Shown: piece by piece, positions 57,920-64,000 of the stretch
Position numbering within the stretch: the stretch's first letter is position 1
How the letters are laid out: every line of letters starts with the position of its first letter
Translations under genes and position numbers: made by a program
The notes under the pieces: model-generated
Told to the model about the DNA's origin: nothing
Seen by the model: the letters and a program-made list of their open reading frames with translations, nothing else
The model's database searches: none
DNA from: an uncultured delta proteobacterium
Lineage (GTDB): Bacteria > Desulfobacterota > Zymogenia > Zymogenales > Zymogenaceae
Assembly: GCA_963792965.1 (NCBI GenBank)
Contig: CAWBYW010000007.1
Span: 544,001 to 608,000 of the forward strand
Reading direction: 5' to 3'
Length of the DNA: 64,000 nt

Positions 57920-59140
57920 ATGGCATATCGAGACATCGACATCAACCTCACGGACGAACAGAAAGGTCTGCGCGACATGGCCCGGAAGTTCGGGGCCGAA
58001 GTCATGCGCCCCGCCGGGTTCGCGCTGGATAAGTGTGCGGACCCGGCCGACGTGATCAAGAAGGGGTCCGTCTTGTGGGACGTCATCAAACAGTTCCGCG
58101 GGCTGGGCCTCCATAAGGCCGGCATACCGCGAGCGCTCGGCGGGAGCATGGAGGACGTGGACGCCATGTCCGGCTTACTTATAGCCGAAGAGATGGGCTA
58201 CGCCGACGCGGGGCTGACCATCAGCCTGGGCGTATCGGCCATACCCTTTTCCATGGCCGCGCTCTTCCCGAACCCGAAGATGAGGGGCCTGGCGCGGGCG
58301 TACGCCGAGGATACGGAAGGCGAGCTCATCGGGTGCTGGGCCATCACCGAGCCCGACCACGGCTCGGACTATACCCACGGGGACGACGACCCACGATGCG
58401 GCCCGTCGGTCAGAGGCGTTCTGAAGGGGGACGAATATATCGTCAACGGCCAGAAGTCGGCCTGGGTCAGCAACGGCACCATCGCCACGCACGCGGTTCT
58501 CCACGTCGGCCTCGATCCCTCGGTGGGGATGAGGGGCCAGGGCCTGGCCGTCATACCGCTTGACCTGCCCGGGATCTCCCGGGGCAAACCGCTGGACAAG
58601 ATCGGGCAGCGCGCCCTCAACCAGGGGGAGATCATCTTCGAGGATGCCCGGATACCCAAGGAGTATATGGTGCTCACCCCCGAAATGGGGGTCCTGCACG
58701 CCATGCGCGAAACGAGCCTGTCCCAGGTGAACGGCGGCATGGCCATCGTCTTTGCAGGCCTGGCCAAGGCCGCCTACGATGAGGCCTTTCGCTACGCCGG
58801 ACAGCGTATCCAGGGCGGCGTGCCCATCATCGAGCATCAGAACATCAGGCTGAAGCTCTTCAGGATGTTTACCCTGGTCGAGGCTGCCCGCGGGGCCGTC
58901 CGCCGGATGGCCCTGTACAATGCGGTCAACCGGCCGCCCTCGGGGGCGCATGCCGTGGCCTGCAAGTGCTTCTCCACTGAAACCGCCTTCAGGGTGGCGA
59001 GCGAGGGGATCCAGATCCTGGGTGGAAACGGCCTGAGCAAGGAGTACGGGCTCGAAAAGATGTTCCGGGACGCGCGGGCGTCCATGATCGAGGACGGCGT
59101 CAATGAAAGCCTCGCGCTGGGCGCTTTCGAATATCTTTAG
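57920..59140 (+). CDS. Acyl-CoA dehydrogenase
   Basis: WAITEPDHGSD, NGQKSAWVSNG, QILGGNG, IEDGVNE. Confidence 0.92.
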   Translation: MAYRDIDINLTDEQKGLRDMARKFGAEVMRPAGFALDKCADPADVIKKGSVLWDVIKQFRGLGLHKAGIPRALGGSMEDVDAMSGLLIAEEMGYADAGLTISLGVSAIPFSMAALFPNPKMRGLARAYAEDTEGELIGCWAITEPDHGSDYTHGDDDPRCGPSVRGVLKGDEYIVNGQKSAWVSNGTIATHAVLHVGLDPSVGMRGQGLAVIPLDLPGISRGKPLDKIGQRALNQGEIIFEDARIPKEYMVLTPEMGVLHAMRETSLSQVNGGMAIVFAGLAKAAYDEAFRYAGQRIQGGVPIIEHQNIRLKLFRMFTLVEAARGAVRRMALYNAVNRPPSGAHAVACKCFSTETAFRVASEGIQILGGNGLSKEYGLEKMFRDARASMIEDGVNESLALGAFEYL

Positions 59141-59176
59141 ACCGACTAACCGGGAACCACAGAGAGGGGGTAACCC

Positions 59177-59971
59177 ATGGGTTTTGTGAAATCATTGGAT
59201 GAGATTTTGGCCTCACGTCGTGAGACTGCTGATTTCTACGATGCTGAGATGCTTACCGTTTTCTGGGAGACGAAGCCCGAGATCGTGCGTCGTTTGCTGC
59301 CGCCCATGCTCAAGCCGGCCGCACGCCCCATAGTCATGGCCTTTGTGGCCGACTACCCCCGCACGAATTTCGACGTGACCTACCACGAAAGCGCGCTTTT
59401 CCTGAGGGCTCAGTGGGAAGGGGTGGAGGGCGGCTACTGCCTGTCCATGCCGGTGACCAGCGACATGGCCATGGCGGGCGGGCGGGAGATTTATGGATTT
59501 CCAAAGAAAATCGCCGAGATCGGACTGAATCGCAAGGGGAATACCCTGGAGGGGTGGACGGAGCGGCGGGGCATACGCTTCATGGAAATCCGGGCGAAAA
59601 TGAGCGGAAAGCTTAATGAGGCCGATGCCCAGTCCGTGCTGATGAGCGGGGGTATAAATCCGGACGGCTCGATGGAAGGCGTTTCCTACAATTTCAAGAA
59701 CTTTCCCGCGCCGGAAGGCATGGGCTTTGATTACAACCCCCGTCTGGTGAAACAGGTAACGACTCTGAGACCGAAAGAGGTCCAGATCGGGGAGGCGGAG
59801 GTTCTCCTCAAGCCGTCGGATTATGATCCGTGGGCAGAGGTAGAGATCGTCAGGGTCCTGGGCGCCGTCTTTATCGTGGGCGACAATTCCATGAAGAGCG
59901 GCGCGGTTGTCGCCGAAATGGACCCGATGGAATTTGCGCCCTACGCTTTCTTGAAATGGGACATGAAATAA
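59177..59971 (+). CDS. Acetoacetate decarboxylase family protein
   Basis: RLLPP.L.P, YHESAL, GGREIYGFPKK with the Schiff-base lysine. Confidence 0.88.
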   Translation: MGFVKSLDEILASRRETADFYDAEMLTVFWETKPEIVRRLLPPMLKPAARPIVMAFVADYPRTNFDVTYHESALFLRAQWEGVEGGYCLSMPVTSDMAMAGGREIYGFPKKIAEIGLNRKGNTLEGWTERRGIRFMEIRAKMSGKLNEADAQSVLMSGGINPDGSMEGVSYNFKNFPAPEGMGFDYNPRLVKQVTTLRPKEVQIGEAEVLLKPSDYDPWAEVEIVRVLGAVFIVGDNSMKSGAVVAEMDPMEFAPYAFLKWDMK

Positions 59972-60396
59972 GGCGTCTCCCGTCCGCAAGCTCCCGGGGA
60001 TAGAGTAGGCGACGTTGCGCCGGGCTCTGAAGGTGGAGTTGCAGACTCCCTCCGACCCACCGTCGTTGTGAGTCCCCCCGAATGTCACCCCGCAAATGCA
60101 AGGGACCCCGCTATCTCTCCACGAAGCGCGCTTTTTTTCTGGCCGGCGACAGATACTGCTTGAACTTGCATCATCGTTGCGCTATTGTGTGACCGAGCAT
60201 CTCCGCTCATTCTACTCTTCCTGCGATGACGTGTTGGTCTCTTTATGCTCGAATACGCGATAAAACGATGGGCCGACAGCAAAACCTGAAAATCATAAAA
60301 GCCGAAACATCCACCGTGCCTTTTCATTTTTGCCCCCGGCTCCGTGTCTCATCGATATGAGGAACTGATTTTCACCATACGACAGGAGACAATAGT

Positions 60397-60968
60397 ATGA
60401 AAAAGCAGCGTTTTTCGAGGAGATTCTTTTACCCGGTATTCCTGGTATTCATCGTAATGTCCCTGTCATGGGGAGTCTATAATCTCGCCTGGCGGCTTCC
60501 AAGCGTGACGATCCATCATCTGCTCGCCGACATATTCGGGACTCTTCTGTTCCTCTCAGTCACGTTCGGAGCCTGTGTCATATATCCAATGGCCTTCCTC
60601 CGGGGCGCATCTCTCCCGGAACGGGTCCTCGCCTCACTGGTCAACCCGTTCATCTGGGCGACGAAAGAGTGTATCAGGATGTTTGCTTCGTTCAGCCTTT
60701 CGGAGTGCCTCTACTACTACCTGAACCCGCTCAATATCTGGCTCGTTCTGGGAATCATAGCGCAGATGAGCGTCATCGAGATGATACTGCGGTGGAGGCG
60801 CAAGAAGAGAGGCGAGAAGATCCGGGTGTTTACCATCCCCGTGGTTGCCGCTTTCGTGATCAGCATAGCCCTGGTCGTGGGACTGTACGCCTGGGGCAAG
60901 GCGAGAGCATCTTCAGCTATTATCTGGTAATCTATAAGAAGCTATTCGGCCCGGGGGTAGGGCTGTAA
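60397..60968 (+). CDS. Membrane protein of unknown function (indel near 60900)
   Basis: RBS AGGAG; several TM helices; the tail continues in the 60669..60968 frame (GESIFSYYLVIYKKLFGPGVGL). Confidence 0.65.
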
Positions 60969-60990
60969 TCTTCCTTCAAGGAGGGATACC

Positions 60991-62415
60991 GTGTCCGACC
61001 ATAAAAAAGACGGGATCATTTCCCATCCCCTGAATCGAAGGGATATGCTCAAGGCACTGGCAACGACATCGGCGGCCGGGTTGTTTGGCGTAACGCTTCC
61101 CGAAGCGCTCATGGGAGCGCCCTCTCCCGTTTTGCCTTCGGCGCCGAAACGCCCCAATATCGTATTCATCCTGAGCGACAACTGCCGACACGATTTCATG
61201 AGCTTCATGAAGCACCCGTTTATTCAAACGCCGACACTCGACAGGCTCGCCCGGGAAGGTGTATCGTTTGACAATGCCTTTAACACGACATCGCTCTGCA
61301 GCCCGTCGCGGGCCAGTTTCCTCACCGGGTGCTACGCCCATTCCCACGGGGTCATCAACAACCATTGTTCGTGGACGGGGAAGCGGACGATGTTCCTGGA
61401 GTACCTCAAGCGGGCCGGGTACAACACCGCCTTTATCGGCAAGTTCCACATGCCCGGAAACGGGCTTCCCAATCTCCCGTTTCTGGATACGTTCATATCG
61501 TTCACGATAAAGGAGAACCAGGGTCAGTACTTCAACTGCCCCCTGGTCGTCAACGGGAAGCCCGCCCCGTCGCGGAAGGCATACCTCATCGAGGAGCTCA
61601 CCGACCGGGCGATCGAGTTCCTCGGGCAGGAGAGGGAAAACCCCTTCTGTCTCTATCTCTCATACAAAACGGCCCATCCCCCCTATCTCCCACCCAAAGA
61701 CCTCGCGGGAATCTACAAGGACAAGGTCCCGCCCCTTCCCCCGGAGGTCGACTCGTGGATCGGCAGGACCAACGGGAACGTATTCGAAGGGACCATGGTT
61801 GGCTCGATCCCCGGCCTCTACCGGAGATACTGCGAAGCGATAACCGGCATGGATCGGGAGATCGGCCGTCTCCTCGAAACTATTGACGCATCCCCCCGAA
61901 GAAACGACACCGTGGTCATTTACGCATCCGACAACGGTTATATGTGGGGGGAGCATCGGCTCATCGGGATCAACTGGCACTATGAGGAAGCGATGCGGAT
62001 ACCCTTTATCGTGCGATGCCCCTGGCTTATACCGGACGCTGATACGAGGAGATCACAGATGATGCTCAATATCGATCTTGCCCCGACACTCCTGGATATT
62101 GCGGGCCTCTCGGTGCCGGCGGATATCGAGGGACAGAGCGCCGTCTCCATACTCAGAAACAAGAATGCCTCGGGACGGAACGCATGGCTCTACGAGTACT
62201 ACAAATATTTCCCGGAAAACGTGCCTACCATGCACGGAGTGAGGACACGGACGCACAAATACGTTGAATTTGAAAAAGGGATGAGCCCGGAGCTTTTTGA
62301 TCTGGTAAACGACCCGGCCGAGCGGCGCAACCTCTATGGGACCGCCGAAGGGAACAGACTTCTGCCTGAATTAAGAGCCATGATGGAAGATCTGAAGGCG
62401 GGAAAGCGTTTGTAG
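60991..62415 (+). CDS. Tat-exported Cys-type sulfatase
   Basis: NRRDMLK twin-arginine leader, PNIVFILSD, CSPSRASFLTG, GKFH, SDNG, ELFDLVNDP. Confidence 0.92.
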   Translation: MSDHKKDGIISHPLNRRDMLKALATTSAAGLFGVTLPEALMGAPSPVLPSAPKRPNIVFILSDNCRHDFMSFMKHPFIQTPTLDRLAREGVSFDNAFNTTSLCSPSRASFLTGCYAHSHGVINNHCSWTGKRTMFLEYLKRAGYNTAFIGKFHMPGNGLPNLPFLDTFISFTIKENQGQYFNCPLVVNGKPAPSRKAYLIEELTDRAIEFLGQERENPFCLYLSYKTAHPPYLPPKDLAGIYKDKVPPLPPEVDSWIGRTNGNVFEGTMVGSIPGLYRRYCEAITGMDREIGRLLETIDASPRRNDTVVIYASDNGYMWGEHRLIGINWHYEEAMRIPFIVRCPWLIPDADTRRSQMMLNIDLAPTLLDIAGLSVPADIEGQSAVSILRNKNASGRNAWLYEYYKYFPENVPTMHGVRTRTHKYVEFEKGMSPELFDLVNDPAERRNLYGTAEGNRLLPELRAMMEDLKAGKRL

Positions 62416-62481
62416 GGACACGATTCATCGTGTACGGCGGCCTGCCCCGAAGCGGCGGGCTTTTTGAGGTGCTGTGCCGGA

Positions 62482-63376
62482 TTATTTCCCCTCGTACGCT
62501 TGCTTCAGGCCCTTTATGTCGATCTTACTCATCTTCAAGAGCGCCGCCATGACCCGCTTCGTCTTGGCGTTGTCGCTATCCTGCATCAGCTCCCCGAGCA
62601 CCGTGGGGACGATCTGCCACGACAGGCCGTAGCGATCCCTCAGCCAGCCGCACGGCTCGGTCTGGCCGCCGTCGGAGAGCTTATCCCACAGCTCGTCCAC
62701 CTCTTTTTGCGTCCCGCAGTTCACGAGCAACGATAACGGCATGCGTGAACGTATAGCCGTGCACCAGGTGACTGTCCATGCCCATGAAGAGCTGGCCGTC
62801 CAACGTGAACTCGGCGTGCTTTACCGTCCCCACGATATCCCCATCGGCCGCGTCGTAGGGCACCATCATCTCTATGCTCGAATTTTTGAAGAGGGAGACA
62901 TAGCGCTTTATCGCCTCCTCGGCCTTTCCCGCCTGCCCACCTGTGAACATGAGACACGGCGCGATCTTTTGCGCGCGAGTAGCGAGGTTCAGTTGCCACG
63001 AGACGCCGTATTTATCCTTGACCCAGCCGTACTTTTCGCTGAAGGGATACGTGTCGAACTTCATCATGACTTCCCCGCCCGCCGAGAGCTTCTCCCACAG
63101 CTTGTCAATTTCCACGCGCGTCGCGCAGTTGACGAAAAAGGACACCGCGGGCGTGAAGCTGAACATCGGGCCGCCGTTGAGCGCCATAAACTCTTGCCCC
63201 TCAATCTCAAACGCCACGATCATCACCGACCCCTTCGGCCTTCCGGAGGCCGCCGCCGCCTCATCTCCGTAGCGTGACATGAAGCCGATCTTGGATTTAT
63301 CGAAAATCGACACGTAAAAATTCACGGCCTCCTCGGCCTGGTGGTCAAACCATAAATGAGGGATGATCTTCTGCAT
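62482..63376 (-). CDS. Double-domain VOC/PhnB-like protein (indel near 62742)
   Basis: KIIPHLWF, ALNGGP, KDKYGVSWQ; second domain CGWLRDRYGLSWQ. Confidence 0.88.
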
Positions 63377-63591
63377 GCGTGCCTCCTTAGTTCTTGATAG
63401 TTACCCGACATGAGTCATCGTATATTCGTGTCCGCCGGCCTGGTCGTTGGTCCTCCCGCCATTAGGGGAAAAAGACCTCATACCTCCGTTTGGTTCTTAT
63501 CCATCGGACCGGCACAATACCCCTTCTCTCTTTTTACCTTATAATATTATACCCAAAATACCGGCATCAATCAATACGCGGGATTTACGCG

Positions 63592-63767
63592 GGGATTGCG
63601 AGCCCCCGTCGGGGGCTCGCAAGGACGGGTTATTACGGACGGGCGAGATATATGCCGCCCCTACGAGTTACCACCCCAAAAAGCAGGCTTTTAGGTGGCC
63701 CCGGTGGGAGAGGAGAGAACAAACACGAGATGGCTTACTGCCTGTAGGGACACGATTTATCGTGTCC
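63592..63767. repeat. Composite cluster of REP-like palindromes (B-A-C-A)
   Basis: B-like 63592-63626, A 63641-63664, C 63672-63728 (near-identical to 53643-53699), A 63744-63767. Confidence 0.78.
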
Positions 63768-64000
63768 GCCAGCCACCCCACTCACCTCGAGCCGCCGTCC
63801 CCTTCCCTTGCTCTTCATCGAAGCCTCGTATATTCCCGAGAACAGGTATAATAGTGTCTGTATATTTATGCCTATAATATTATATGCACTAAAATAATGC
63901 TTGAATATTTCACTCCGTTGCGATACATTGCAATAAATTTTTCTATAGAAAACGATGCGCTTCCCCGCAGCTTCGCCACACGGCCCGGTCGGCGGGATAC

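Noticed and set aside
60085-60327. 80-aa minus-strand ORF between the ADC-like and membrane genes
   Set aside because: No motif, no clear RBS and atypical composition

Overview
Chromosomal window from a GC-rich (about 60% by eye), probably anaerobic bacterium. The 16S sequence and gene content look deltaproteobacterial (Desulfobacterota-like); this is an inference, not a database result. The window holds a selenocysteine-containing selD with an in-frame UGA and a SECIS-like hairpin, and a large TetR-linked acyl-CoA catabolic cluster (HMG-CoA-synthase-like/DUF35 fusion, SCP2-type thiolase, MaoC pair, SDR, acyl-CoA dehydrogenase). It also carries a complete minus-strand rRNA operon (16S, tRNA-Ile, tRNA-Ala, 23S, 5S), a prokaryotic pentameric ligand-gated ion channel, an archaeal-type PEP carboxylase, a five-PAS hybrid kinase, UroD/MtaA-family paralogs, nucleoside salvage genes, a UvrD/PcrA helicase, PepA, an acyl-CoA ligase and a Tat-exported sulfatase. 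About 14 genes are split by small indels, most likely long-read assembly errors. The best candidates for undescribed biology are: (1) an AT-rich islet encoding a DUF3644 HEPN protein and a PD-(D/E)xK-like protein beside an inverted-repeat/iteron-like element; (2) a membrane-anchored zinc-ribbon protein with two ribosomal L7/L12 C-terminal domains; (3) three co-clustering families of REP-like palindromes. No CRISPR array, transposase or integrase was seen.
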